This document shows positions 45,918-55,393 of a stretch of 64,000 nt of DNA, one piece after another (the stretch's first letter is position 1; each line of letters opens with the position of its first letter). The DNA is from an uncultured Gammaproteobacteria bacterium. Its GTDB lineage: Bacteria > Patescibacteriota > Patescibacteriia > Veblenbacterales > UBA10138. Under the pieces are notes generated by a model. It made no database searches. It had not been told where the DNA came from and saw only the letters and a list, made by a program, of their open reading frames with translations. The stretch lies in assembly GCA_964453605.1 (NCBI GenBank), contig CAYVOI010000001.1, forward strand, positions 484,095-548,094. Reading direction: 5' to 3'. Both the position numbers and the translations under genes were made by a program.

Positions 45918-47901
45918 AAACCCCTTCCTCATTAGGGAAGTGGGCGGCGATATTCACGACCGTGAGGTGGTAGGTTTTTCTGAGCGCCGCTTTGAGGGCG
46001 CCAGCCTTAGCGAGCCGGGCTTAGGGACCCTACGGCGCGTGATTAGCCAGACCACCCCCCAGCTCTTAGCCGCGGGCGCCAGCCTGCTCTGCGGGCTACT
46101 CCTCCTTAGGCTCTACTACCTCCAGCTGGCCCAGGGCCCCCACTACCGCGAGCTAGCCGAGGGTAACCGTATACGCCTACAGGTCACCACACCACCACGC
46201 GGGCTCATTGTTGATGAACAGGGCACGGCCGTACTGGCGAGCAACACGCCGTCCTTTGAGCTCGTGACCGTGCCGGCTGACCTACCTACAAGCGAGCCTG
46301 AACGCCAAGACCTGCTCACCGACCTCCTCGCCCAAGTTCCCACCCAGCTCCTAGACCAAGACAACCTGGCCAGCCTGAGCACCCCCTCGTACTTACCACG
46401 CACCTTAGCCTACGACCTACCACACGATGTAGCGCTCAGCCTCATGGTTAAGGCGAGTCACTACAAAGGTGTACAGGTAGTGCTCACCAGCGAGCGTAGC
46501 TACCTCCCCAACCCCGCCTTTGGAAACCTCCTGGGGTACGTCGGGAAAATTTCTCCAGCCGAGTACGCGGCCAGCACGGGGTACAGCCTCACCGATACGG
46601 TCGGTAAAGCAGGTTTGGAGCACGACTACGAAATGGAGCTCAAGGGCACCCCCGGCAAGCGCGAGGTTGAGGTTGACTCACAGGGGCACGAGCGAGCGGT
46701 CTACGCGAGTTCTGACCCAACCCCTGGCGCTAAGCTCCAGCTGACCATTAATGCTGACCTCCAGCGCCTGACCTACGATGCCCTCCGCCAGGCGCTACCA
46801 CCCGGTAGTGCTAACGGCGCCAGTGCCGTCGTACTCAACCCGCAGAGCGGTGCGCTGCTCGCGCTGGTGAACTACCCGGGGTTCGATCCCAACCTCTTTA
46901 CCGTGGCCAGAAACCCCACCACCATAGCGGCGCTGCTCCAAAATAAAGCCGAGCCATTTTTTAGCCGTGCCACCTCCGGGCAGTACCCATCAGGCTCAAC
47001 CATTAAACCGCTGTTCGCCGCCGCCGGGCTAGAGGAGGGCGTCATTACACCGCAGACTACGGTCTTGAGCACCGGCGGCATTAAACTTGGCGACCAGTTC
47101 TTTGCCGACTGGAAAGCTGGCGGTCACGGCCTCGTCAACGTCTACCGCGCGATTGCCGAGTCGGTTAACACCTTTTTCTACCTCCTCGGCGGTGGCACGA
47201 ACGACCACCCCGGGTTAGGTATCAGCCGCCTAGCAGACTACCTGCACCGCTTTATGATCGACCAACCGGTAGACCTCAGTGGCGCTACCACCGCCGACGG
47301 CTTCATACCTACCCCGGCTTGGAAAGCAGCTACCCAGCACGACCGCTGGTACCGCGGCGACACCTACAACGTCTCCATAGGCCAAGGCGGGCTACTAGTG
47401 ACACCGCTCCACCTGGCCTTGGCCTATGCTGCTCTAGTGAATGGTGGTACTATCATGAAGCCCTACCTCGTGCAGAACATCACGCTAGCTTCAGGCGGGA
47501 GAGATACCGTTCGCCCTGAAGCTTTAACCCACATAAACCTCAAGCCAGAGGTCTTCCAAGTTTTGAAAACAGCCATGCGTCAAACGGTCACCTCCGGTAG
47601 TGCGCGCTCCTTGAGCAGCCTGCCGCTTGCTGTCGCCGGTAAAACCGGTACGGCTCAAACTGGCACTCGCACGGCGCCCCATGCCTGGTTCGCGGGCTAC
47701 GCCCCAGCCGACAAACCGGAAATTGTGGTGGTGGTCATGGTAGAGCACGGCGGCGAGGGGAGCACGGTAGCGGTGCCCATTGCTCACCAGATATTCGATT
47801 GGTATGCCCGAGCTAACAACTTCACTAGTGCCCGCCCCGCACCACAGCAGAGCACAGTACCCGACTTGAGCTGCCAACCTAAGTGCAGCGGGAGTAGGTA
47901 G
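45901..47901 (+). CDS. mrdA: Penicillin-binding protein 2
   Basis: RLYYLQ..AEGNRIR..PRGLI, GKAGLE, PSGSTIKP (SxxK), SVN, AGKTGTAQ, HAWFAGYAP. Confidence 0.92.
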   Translation: MGPLPKNPFLIREVGGDIHDREVVGFSERRFEGASLSEPGLGTLRRVISQTTPQLLAAGASLLCGLLLLRLYYLQLAQGPHYRELAEGNRIRLQVTTPPRGLIVDEQGTAVLASNTPSFELVTVPADLPTSEPERQDLLTDLLAQVPTQLLDQDNLASLSTPSYLPRTLAYDLPHDVALSLMVKASHYKGVQVVLTSERSYLPNPAFGNLLGYVGKISPAEYAASTGYSLTDTVGKAGLEHDYEMELKGTPGKREVEVDSQGHERAVYASSDPTPGAKLQLTINADLQRLTYDALRQALPPGSANGASAVVLNPQSGALLALVNYPGFDPNLFTVARNPTTIAALLQNKAEPFFSRATSGQYPSGSTIKPLFAAAGLEEGVITPQTTVLSTGGIKLGDQFFADWKAGGHGLVNVYRAIAESVNTFFYLLGGGTNDHPGLGISRLADYLHRFMIDQPVDLSGATTADGFIPTPAWKAATQHDRWYRGDTYNVSIGQGGLLVTPLHLALAYAALVNGGTIMKPYLVQNITLASGGRDTVRPEALTHINLKPEVFQVLKTAMRQTVTSGSARSLSSLPLAVAGKTGTAQTGTRTAPHAWFAGYAPADKPEIVVVVMVEHGGEGSTVAVPIAHQIFDWYARANNFTSARPAPQQSTVPDLSCQPKCSGSR

Positions 47902-47932
47902 GAGAACCAATATGCTATCCCCATCTTCCGCT

Positions 47933-48079
47933 CTTGGTGCGCGGGCTCGTAACAACCGCTAGTACCTATGGCCCTTTATGGACCTTTTTGTGCTTCTAGA
48001 GCAGGTGGTCTCCCTTACTCACGCTTAGGCGGTTGAGCGAAGTTGCTCTGCTGGGTACGCCGCTCACCGCAGCACCAAG
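47933..48079. ncRNA. Candidate long-hairpin ncRNA (6S-like?)
   Basis: Closing stem cttggtgc/gcaccaag plus gcgg/ccgc; inner gtacc/ggtac and agagca/tgctct; lies in a ~270-nt intergenic gap. Confidence 0.35.
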
Positions 48080-48102
48080 TAGCCAGGCAGGCCCCCACAC
48101 GC

Positions 48103-48131
48103 TTGACAAGTTTAACCCTTGAGTTTATCTT
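48103..48131 (+). promoter_or_regulatory. Sigma70-type promoter of greA
   Basis: TTGACA-N17-TATCTT. Confidence 0.6.
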
Positions 48132-48172
48132 TAGCCTTACGTTAGGTTCGTAAACAACTAAAAGTACACCCT

Positions 48173-48640
48173 ATGTCACCAGACGGACAAGCCTACCTCA
48201 CCCGGGAAGGCCTTGAGAAGCTGAAGCAAGAGTTGAAAGAGCTCAAGACCGTAAAGCGCAAAGAGATAGCCGCGCGTATTCAAGATGCTAAAGAACTTGG
48301 TGATTTAAGCGAAAACGCCGAGTACGCCGAGGCCAAGGACCAGCAAGCCTTTACCGAAGGCCGCATTGTGGAACTTGAAAACACTATCAAGAACGCCCAG
48401 GTTATCTCCGAGCAGAGCACGGACGGCGTAGTCCACATTGGTTCTACCATCAAGCTCTCAAGCGAGGCGGGTGAGAAACAGTACACCATAGTAGGCTCGA
48501 ACGAAGCTAAGCCTCAAGCCGGGCTTATTTCTAACGAATCACCCTTGGGCCAGGCGTTCATTGGTCACAAGAGCGGTGACACGATAGAAATCAAAGTCCC
48601 CAAAGGCACCGTGAAGTACAAAATTCTGTCCGTAAGTTAA
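48173..48640 (+). CDS. greA: Transcription elongation factor GreA
   Basis: LTREGLEKL, GDLSENAEY, ISNESPLGQA. Confidence 0.95.
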   Translation: MSPDGQAYLTREGLEKLKQELKELKTVKRKEIAARIQDAKELGDLSENAEYAEAKDQQAFTEGRIVELENTIKNAQVISEQSTDGVVHIGSTIKLSSEAGEKQYTIVGSNEAKPQAGLISNESPLGQAFIGHKSGDTIEIKVPKGTVKYKILSVS

Positions 48641-48648
48641 CCTCTTGA

Positions 48649-48671
48649 GCCGGCCCACGTGGCCGGTTTTT
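48649..48671 (+). terminator. Intrinsic terminator after greA
   Basis: gccggcc-cacgt-ggccggt-tttt. Confidence 0.65.
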
Positions 48672-48739
48672 GATTGTGCTCAAAGTTGCCCGAGCAAGCT
48701 TTTTTCGCTAATATACTTGTATACTCATTATCCTGCCCT

Positions 48740-50221
48740 ATGTCAGTGAGAGAAGATCAGGAACTCAAAAGCCGCCACGATAAGCTTGCTGCCTGGAAAA
48801 AGTTGGGGCTAGAGCTTTACCCGGCGAAGTTTAAGCGTACACACCAGGCTGCCGAGGTGAACTCTAAAGCCAATGCATCTGCCCCTACCTACGAAGGTGG
48901 TAGCGTAAGGGGTAAAGCAGTTTCAGTTGCGGGCAGACTTATGACCTTGAGGCCCCACGGCAGCCTGTGGTTTGCAACACTTGAGGACGTAAGTGGCACC
49001 GTGCAAGTGGTGGCAGAGGAAGGCGGCAGTGGAAAGCAGGTTTGGGAAGTGCTGCAGCTTTTAGACAGGGGAGACATTGTTGGCGTCACTGGCCCGGTGG
49101 TTAAAACCAAACGCGGGGAAATTTCGGTTTTTGTGACTGAAGTTACGCCGCTCGCTAAATGCTTGCAGCCCTTACCCGAAAAATGGCATGGGCTTAAAGA
49201 TATGGAAGCTAGACTCAGGCAGCGCTACGTTGACCTGTTGATGGACAAAGACGTCCGTGACTTATTCTTGAAGAAGTCAATTTTCTGGCACACAGTGCGG
49301 CAGGAACTTGGCCAGGCAGGTTTTATTGAAGTGGACACACCGGCGCTTGAGGCTGTGGCCGGCGGGGCAGACGCCAATCCGTTTGTAACCCACCACGACG
49401 CGCTGGATCAAGATTTCTATTTGCGCATCTCGCTTGAGCTGCCCTTGAAGCGCTTACTCGTCGGTGGGTTTGAAAAAGTGTACGAGATTGGCAAAGTGTT
49501 CCGCAACGAGGGGATCGATACTGAGCACCTGCAAGACTACGATATGTGCGAGTTCTACTGGGCCTATGCCAACTACGAAGACCTGATGGATTTCACCGAG
49601 AAACTCTACCAGTCGATTGTGAAAGCGGTGACAGGTAGTCTTAAGACGACTTATGACGGCAAAGAGGTCGACTGGTCAGGCAAATGGCCGCGGAAGGATT
49701 ACTTTGCGCTGATTAAAGAAATTTCAAAAGTGGATTTGGCAGGCATGACTGACGTTAAGGAGCTACGGAAGCTCTTGGAGAAGCACAAAGTACGCTACGA
49801 GGAAAGCATGGGTGCGGGCAGACTTATAGACCTGTTCTGGAAAAAGCTGGTGCGGCCGAAAGTGCAGGGGCCGCTATTCCTGATAAACCACCCCGTAGAG
49901 GTAAGTCCGCTTGCCAAGCGCGACCCCAAAAACCCAGAGCGTGTGCAGCGCATGCAGATACTCGTGGCGGGCAGTGAGCTGGGCAATGGCTTTAGCGAGC
50001 TTAACGACCCAGCCGATCAGCGTGCGCGCTTTGAAGAGCAGGCTAAACTCAGGGCAGCAGGGGATAGTGAGGCAATGATGCTCGACGAGGATTTTGTAAC
50101 CGCACTGGAGTACGGCATGCCCCCAGCGGCAGGCTTTGGCTTGAGCGAACGGCTGTTCAGCTTCATTATGGACAAACCAATCCGGGAAACCGTCCTCTTC
50201 CCGCCAATGAGGAGCAAATAA
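48740..50221 (+). CDS. lysS: Lysyl-tRNA synthetase class II
   Basis: PLPEKWHGLKD..RQRYVDL, GGADANPF, YEIGKVFRNEG, FSELNDP, ALEYGMPP. Confidence 0.95.
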   Translation: MSVREDQELKSRHDKLAAWKKLGLELYPAKFKRTHQAAEVNSKANASAPTYEGGSVRGKAVSVAGRLMTLRPHGSLWFATLEDVSGTVQVVAEEGGSGKQVWEVLQLLDRGDIVGVTGPVVKTKRGEISVFVTEVTPLAKCLQPLPEKWHGLKDMEARLRQRYVDLLMDKDVRDLFLKKSIFWHTVRQELGQAGFIEVDTPALEAVAGGADANPFVTHHDALDQDFYLRISLELPLKRLLVGGFEKVYEIGKVFRNEGIDTEHLQDYDMCEFYWAYANYEDLMDFTEKLYQSIVKAVTGSLKTTYDGKEVDWSGKWPRKDYFALIKEISKVDLAGMTDVKELRKLLEKHKVRYEESMGAGRLIDLFWKKLVRPKVQGPLFLINHPVEVSPLAKRDPKNPERVQRMQILVAGSELGNGFSELNDPADQRARFEEQAKLRAAGDSEAMMLDEDFVTALEYGMPPAAGFGLSERLFSFIMDKPIRETVLFPPMRSK

Positions 50222-50255
50222 TTATATCTTTCTTAGAAGTTTAACTACGAATATA

Positions 50256-50672
50256 ATGGGCCAAACTCCTGCCGTACCCATATCGCATCCCTCGTTATTC
50301 AGGTTAGATAAAACCAAAACGGTATTATTGTTAATGATCCCATTCCTTACCTACATTACATTCTGGAAACTTTACAATAACAACTGCGCTTATTATGGAT
50401 TAAATGGGTGCCACGAAGGAACCTATTTTACAATTGGCTGGTTCGTTTACCCACTAATCCTAATCGTTGCTGATAAGGCTGCAAATTTAGATATTGTCGG
50501 CTTAGCATCACTATTCTTTATACTGCAGTTAATTTACGCCTATATCTTGGCTACTATACTCGCTTATCTACTCCGCGCTCATCATACAGTGCTTACTACA
50601 ATAAATTGGCTGCTTTTAACAATCACGGTACTTATACTTTTGTGGTTGTTTAAGGTGTACTATCTCAGTTAA
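50256..50672 (+). CDS. Hypothetical AT-rich membrane protein (accessory ORF 1)
   Basis: 138 aa, about 4 TMs, composition unlike the flanking core genes. Confidence 0.6.
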   Translation: MGQTPAVPISHPSLFRLDKTKTVLLLMIPFLTYITFWKLYNNNCAYYGLNGCHEGTYFTIGWFVYPLILIVADKAANLDIVGLASLFFILQLIYAYILATILAYLLRAHHTVLTTINWLLLTITVLILLWLFKVYYLS

Positions 50673-50676
50673 GCTA

Positions 50677-50780
50677 ATGACCCGCGAGCAGGCTTTGACT
50701 TGAGCGAACGGCTGTTCAGCTTCATAATGGACAAGCCAATTCGGGAAACGGTCCTGTTCCCACCAATGAGAAGCAAATAG
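50677..50780 (+). repeat. Chimeric remnant: HD-gene 5' end joined to a diverged copy of the lysS 3' end
   Basis: atgacccgcgagcaggct (MTREQA) overlaps via gcaggct a 93-nt copy (50688-50780) of lysS 50129-50221 with 9 differences. Confidence 0.9.
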
Positions 50781-50866
50781 GGACAATGTATGCTTTCCGA
50801 AGAGGAACAACGAAGAAATACGCCAATTTATTTATAAGCTCTTTAAGGGCGAAGAATAATAATTTT

Positions 50867-51040
50867 ATGACCGAGTATATTATACTAGGAGTAGGACTAG
50901 CAATTTTTTTACTAGACGATTATCTAACCTTTTTACCAAAATCGCTTATATATATAATTGCAGCCGCAATCGGGATGGCAATACTGCATCTAGTTATAAA
51001 AGACGCCGTGAAAGAGGCAATAATAGAAACGAGACAGTAG
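50867..51040 (+). CDS. Small AT-rich 2-TM protein (accessory ORF 2)
   Basis: MTEYIILGVGLAIFLLDDYLTFLPKSLIYIIAAAIGMAILHLVIKDAVKEAIIETRQ. Confidence 0.5.
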   Translation: MTEYIILGVGLAIFLLDDYLTFLPKSLIYIIAAAIGMAILHLVIKDAVKEAIIETRQ

Positions 51041-51107
51041 ACCTTAATAAAAACCTAGTTTGTTTTACCTCTACCATTAACTAGGGCATCCCCATAACAC
51101 AATATAA

Positions 51108-51185
51108 ATGACCCGCGAGCAGGCTCGGACACTCGTACAAGAGAAAGTGAAAGGTGACTTCTTACGGAAGCACCTTTTGGCATCA
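51108..51185 (+). pseudogene. Truncated diverged copy of the HD-gene 5' end
   Basis: MTREQARTLVQEKVKGDFLRKHLLAS vs MTRDKAWELVQSKVQGDFLRKHLLAS at 51583. Confidence 0.88.
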
Positions 51186-51224
51186 ATTTGTAGCCTATAC
51201 AACTAAATCTTCACTAATTTATTA

Positions 51225-51250
51225 CTTTCCTATTTGCCTAAATTAGAAAG
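51225..51250. promoter_or_regulatory. Imperfect palindrome, candidate ArsR operator 1
   Basis: ctttcctattt-gcct-aaattagaaag upstream of the ArsR gene. Confidence 0.55.
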
Positions 51251-51268
51251 CAGTAGTAATGTGGTGTT

Positions 51269-51529
51269 ATGACTGTGAATGAACGGACACTCAAGGCGCT
51301 CGCGAACAGACGCCGGCTCACTATTGTAAGCACCCTGAAACGCCGAGGTAGAGCGACGGTAGGGGATTTAGCAGCTGTTTTAAAAGTGAGCATGCCTACC
51401 GCCTCAAAGCACCTAAGCATACTGGGTGCTGCTGATGTAGTTGAATACGAGCGCCGGAGCTTGCAAGTATACTATCACTTGGCCAACGATATGCCTATCC
51501 TCGCCCGTTCAATTCTCAAACATCTCTAG
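51269..51529 (+). CDS. ArsR/SmtB family transcriptional regulator
   Basis: LKALANRRRLTIV, TVGDLA, MPTASKHLSIL, VYYHL. Confidence 0.88.
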   Translation: MTVNERTLKALANRRRLTIVSTLKRRGRATVGDLAAVLKVSMPTASKHLSILGAADVVEYERRSLQVYYHLANDMPILARSILKHL

Positions 51530-51552
51530 TCGTTAAGTGGCCTGGTGACTAG

Positions 51553-51577
51553 TTTCTAATTTGCCTAAATATGAAAG
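51553..51577. promoter_or_regulatory. Imperfect palindrome, candidate ArsR operator 2
   Basis: tttctaattt-gcct-aaatatgaaag, near copy of 51226-51250, just upstream of the HD gene. Confidence 0.55.
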
Positions 51578-51582
51578 TGTGT

Positions 51583-52137
51583 ATGACAAGAGATAAGGCC
51601 TGGGAGCTGGTACAGAGTAAGGTGCAGGGTGATTTTTTACGGAAACATTTGTTAGCATCGGAGGCTATTATGCGCGCCTTGGCGCGCAAGTTTGGTGAGG
51701 ACGAGGAACTGTGGGGCCTGGCTGGGCTTACGCACGACATCGATTGGGAACTTACCGAGCCTACGCCTGAAAAACATTCTATAGTTGGCGCCGAGTGGCT
51801 TAAGGAAGCTGGATTCCCGCCCGAAGTGGTGGAGGCTGTGCGTGTGCACAACCACACTCACGGTTTTGAACCCAAAACACTTTTAGAAAAATCTTTGTGG
51901 TGCGCCGAGGAACTCACTGGCTTAATTGTAGCTTGTGCCTTTGTACAGCCCGATAAAAAACTCGCCAGTGTAAAGCCAGAATCAGTTTTGAAAAAGTTTA
52001 AAACCGCCAGCTTTGCCAAAGGCGTAAACCGCGAGATAGTGGGGAAGTGTCAGGAAATGATAGGGCTCTCACTACAAGAGCTAATCGAGATTGAGCTCAA
52101 AGCAATGCAAGATATAGCCCCTACCCTTGGGTTGTAG
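51583..52137 (+). CDS. HD/HDIG-domain metal-dependent hydrolase
   Basis: KHLLASEAIMRALA, WGLAGLTHDID, EELTGLIVA, KKFK..FAKGVNRE. Confidence 0.88.
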   Translation: MTRDKAWELVQSKVQGDFLRKHLLASEAIMRALARKFGEDEELWGLAGLTHDIDWELTEPTPEKHSIVGAEWLKEAGFPPEVVEAVRVHNHTHGFEPKTLLEKSLWCAEELTGLIVACAFVQPDKKLASVKPESVLKKFKTASFAKGVNREIVGKCQEMIGLSLQELIEIELKAMQDIAPTLGL

Positions 52138-52163
52138 CGCTATTCTAGGCTATACTTAGGCTT

Positions 52164-53402
52164 ATGCTCGATATTAAGTTCATTCGTGAAAACCCGCAGA
52201 TTATTACCAAAGGCACCGCAGCCAAGGGGTATAAGGTTGATGTTAAAGAGCTGCTCGAAATCGACGAATCCCGCCGTAAGCTCCAGGTGATTTTTGATGA
52301 ACTGCGGGCTAAGCAAAAAAACTTAACGGCCGCTGATAGGGAAGAGGCTAAGGGCGTTAAAGTGCAGCTCAAAGAAGCTGAAGAGCGCCTAGGCCACGCT
52401 GAAGCAGAACTAGATAAGCGACTTAGGGAACTGCCCAACCTACCACGCCCTGACGTTAAGGTAGGGAAGAGCGAAGCTGAGAACGAAGTTGTGCGCACGG
52501 TGGGCAAACCGCCCAAGTTTACGTTTAAGCCTAAGGACTACCTGGAACTGGCAAAACTGCATGACCTTATAGACATAGAGCGCGCGGGCAAGGTTTCGGG
52601 TGCGCGGTTTGGCTATTTGAAAAACGAAGCAGCACTTTTGGAATTTGCACTCATTCAGTACGGTTTGAGCGTAGTGCTAAAGCATGGCTTTGTACCGGTG
52701 GTCCCGCCGGTTATGGTGGGGGAGAAGGCTATGGCTGCCATGGGCTACCTGGAGCACGGCGGTCAAGAGGAAACCTACCACCTGAGCCAAGACAAGCTCT
52801 ACCTGGTTGGTACCAGCGAACAATCGGTTGGCCCCATGCACATGGACGAAACCTTCGCGCCTAAGGATTTACCGCGGCGCTACGTGGCATTCTCCTCGTG
52901 CTTTCGGCGCGAGGCAGGCTCGTATGGTAAGGACACCAAAGGTATTTTACGGGTGCACCAGTTCGATAAATTGGAGATGATCGTATACACGACACCCGAG
53001 GAGTCTGACGCGGAACACGAGCGCTTACTGGCGATTGAGGAAGAGCTTATGAAGGGCTTAGGGCTGCCGTACCAAGTTATTAAAATGTGCACAGCAGACC
53101 TTGGTGACCCCGCAGCTCGTAAGTACGACATAGAAACCTGGATTCCGAGTGAGGGTAAGTACCGTGAGACACACTCATGCTCCACTACCACTGACTTCCA
53201 AGCGCGCCGTCTCAATATCCGTTATAAAAAAACTGACGGTAAGCCTCAATTTGTGCACATGCTAAACGGCACCGTGTTCGCCATTGGCCGGACGCTCATC
53301 GCTATTTTAGAAAACTATCAGCAGGCTGACGGCACGATTGAAGTGCCTAAGGTGCTCCAGACATACCTCGGTAAAAAAGTTATTGGCACGGCGAAGCCAT
53401 GA
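52164..53402 (+). CDS. serS: Seryl-tRNA synthetase
   Basis: [52 protein letters not shown]. Confidence 0.96.
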   Translation: MLDIKFIRENPQIITKGTAAKGYKVDVKELLEIDESRRKLQVIFDELRAKQKNLTAADREEAKGVKVQLKEAEERLGHAEAELDKRLRELPNLPRPDVKVGKSEAENEVVRTVGKPPKFTFKPKDYLELAKLHDLIDIERAGKVSGARFGYLKNEAALLEFALIQYGLSVVLKHGFVPVVPPVMVGEKAMAAMGYLEHGGQEETYHLSQDKLYLVGTSEQSVGPMHMDETFAPKDLPRRYVAFSSCFRREAGSYGKDTKGILRVHQFDKLEMIVYTTPEESDAEHERLLAIEEELMKGLGLPYQVIKMCTADLGDPAARKYDIETWIPSEGKYRETHSCSTTTDFQARRLNIRYKKTDGKPQFVHMLNGTVFAIGRTLIAILENYQQADGTIEVPKVLQTYLGKKVIGTAKP

Positions 53403-54529
53403 GGCGGGTAAGGGGCAAGCTCCGCATTGGCGTGCTGTTCGGCGGGCGCTCGGCTGAGCACGAGGTGTCGTTAGTTTCGGCTGCGAGCGTCATGGGCAAC
53501 CTGGATAAAAAAAAGTACCAGGTGGTACCGATTGGCATCACCAAAGACGGACGCTGGATAGCTGGCCCCAGTGCACACAAGCTTTTAACCGGGGGTGGGG
53601 TAATCCCGCCTAGGCTACGGGCATTCCTACCCCCTGAACCCCAAAATAGAGCCCTAGTGGCCCTTAGAAGCCCTAAAATTGGCCTCCAGAGGCTTGATTG
53701 CATATTCCCGGTGCTCCACGGCCCCTACGGTGAAGATGGCACAATCCAGGGGCTATTAGAACTGAGTGACATTCCGTACGTTGGGTGCGGGGTTTTGGGC
53801 TCGGCTTTGGGCATGGATAAAGTAGCCCAAAAAATGGTACTCCAAGCCAACGGGATTCCCACAGCTGACTTCGTCTACACCACAGCCTACACCTACCGCA
53901 AGCAGCCAGCGAAGTTTCTAAAACAGGTGAAGCAAAAGATTGGTTTCCCTTGTTTTGTAAAACCGCCAAACCTCGGCTCATCGGTTGGTATCAGTAAAGT
54001 ACACAATGCGCGTGAACTTGCTCCTGCTATCAAGCTCGCGCTTAAGTACGACCGGAAAGTTATGGTGGAGCGGGGAGTGGGGCACGCTTGGGAGATAGAG
54101 TGCTCAGTTCTAGGTAATGAAAAACCACGTGCTTCTCGGCCAGGACAAATTATTTCTTCTAACGAGTTTTACGATTACGACGCGAAGTATGTAGACGGTA
54201 AGTCGCAAGCCATCATACCAATGCCGCTGCCGACGCGAATTACAAAGCAGGTACGTGAGCTGGCGGTAAAGGCGTTCCAGGCGCTCGACCTCGCCAGCAT
54301 GGCACGGGTCGATTTCTTAGTGCAGCCACGAAGCTGGAAGGTGTACCTTAATGAGGTCAACACCATACCCGGGTTTACCTCTATCAGCATGTACCCGAAG
54401 CTCTGGGCTGCCTCTGGGCTGCCATACCCCAAGCTCTTAGACCAGCTGATACACCTAGCCTTAGAGCGTGCGCGCGAACGAGCTAGACTCGCCACTTCTT
54501 ACAAGCCCAAAACCACATGGTATCGTTAA
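53399..54529 (+). CDS. ddl: D-alanine--D-alanine ligase
   Basis: [42 protein letters not shown]. Confidence 0.95.
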   Translation: MRRVRGKLRIGVLFGGRSAEHEVSLVSAASVMGNLDKKKYQVVPIGITKDGRWIAGPSAHKLLTGGGVIPPRLRAFLPPEPQNRALVALRSPKIGLQRLDCIFPVLHGPYGEDGTIQGLLELSDIPYVGCGVLGSALGMDKVAQKMVLQANGIPTADFVYTTAYTYRKQPAKFLKQVKQKIGFPCFVKPPNLGSSVGISKVHNARELAPAIKLALKYDRKVMVERGVGHAWEIECSVLGNEKPRASRPGQIISSNEFYDYDAKYVDGKSQAIIPMPLPTRITKQVRELAVKAFQALDLASMARVDFLVQPRSWKVYLNEVNTIPGFTSISMYPKLWAASGLPYPKLLDQLIHLALERARERARLATSYKPKTTWYR

Positions 54530-55389
54530 GAACACTTACACCACCGCGCGCTTCGGCGCGGCGGGATTTTTCGCGGGTATCGCGTCGCGCACCGGTAGTG
54601 GTGCAGCGCATGACGCGTGCCTACAACCAACCCCCCGCCAGCCGCTGGCAACCTTGGCGCTGGCGCGTAATCGGTACACTGACGGTAGTAGTGGTAGGCA
54701 GTGTGCTCTACTCACCCCTGTTTGCCATTAAGAACGTTATTGTTGATAACACCCCCTCACACCAGAGCGAGCTCAGGATAACAAACATTGTACAGAGCAT
54801 CATCAACCAGGCTGGTGTTAGCCCCCTGCCACAGTGGAACCTTATGTTCTTTAGCACCAGCCGCGCACGCCAGGCGATTGCAAGTGAGTTCTACATCACA
54901 GGCTTAACCTTTGAACGTCAGTGGCCGAACGTGCTCCGCATCGTAGCGCCCCAAGACACCGTGGCCGCGCTCTGGCAAGCGGCCGCCACGTACCTCGTGA
55001 GCGGACAAGGTATACTGGTGCAGCAGCTGGGGGATGAACCGCCGCCCAAGCTGCTCACCGTGCGCGAGGTTACCCCCACCGAGCACAAACTCGGTGACCG
55101 TGTAGCCCCAGCTAGTACCCTGCAGTTCCTACAAAAACTACACGCTGGCTGGCAAACCGAACTCCCCACCACCACCCTGACCTACGTGAGCTACGACCCC
55201 ACGGCCCTACCGACCCTGGAAGCCTATACCGACAAGGGCTGGTACGTGCTCCTATCAGCTGAACAAGACCTGGCTACCCAGCTCACGGCCACCCGGCTGC
55301 TGCTCCAAGAAAAAATTAAAGACGACGCACCGCGCCTCGAGTACATAGACGTTCGCTTTGGCTCACGGCTCTACTACAAGCTGCACTAA
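54517..55389 (+). CDS. FtsQ/DivIB-like cell division protein
   Basis: Basic N-terminus, single TM then SPLFAIKNV, POTRA-like WPNVLRI, C-terminal EYIDVRFG; follows ddl; start uncertain. Confidence 0.75.
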   Translation: MVSLRTLTPPRASARRDFSRVSRRAPVVVQRMTRAYNQPPASRWQPWRWRVIGTLTVVVVGSVLYSPLFAIKNVIVDNTPSHQSELRITNIVQSIINQAGVSPLPQWNLMFFSTSRARQAIASEFYITGLTFERQWPNVLRIVAPQDTVAALWQAAATYLVSGQGILVQQLGDEPPPKLLTVREVTPTEHKLGDRVAPASTLQFLQKLHAGWQTELPTTTLTYVSYDPTALPTLEAYTDKGWYVLLSAEQDLATQLTATRLLLQEKIKDDAPRLEYIDVRFGSRLYYKLH

Positions 55390-55393
55390 GCGT

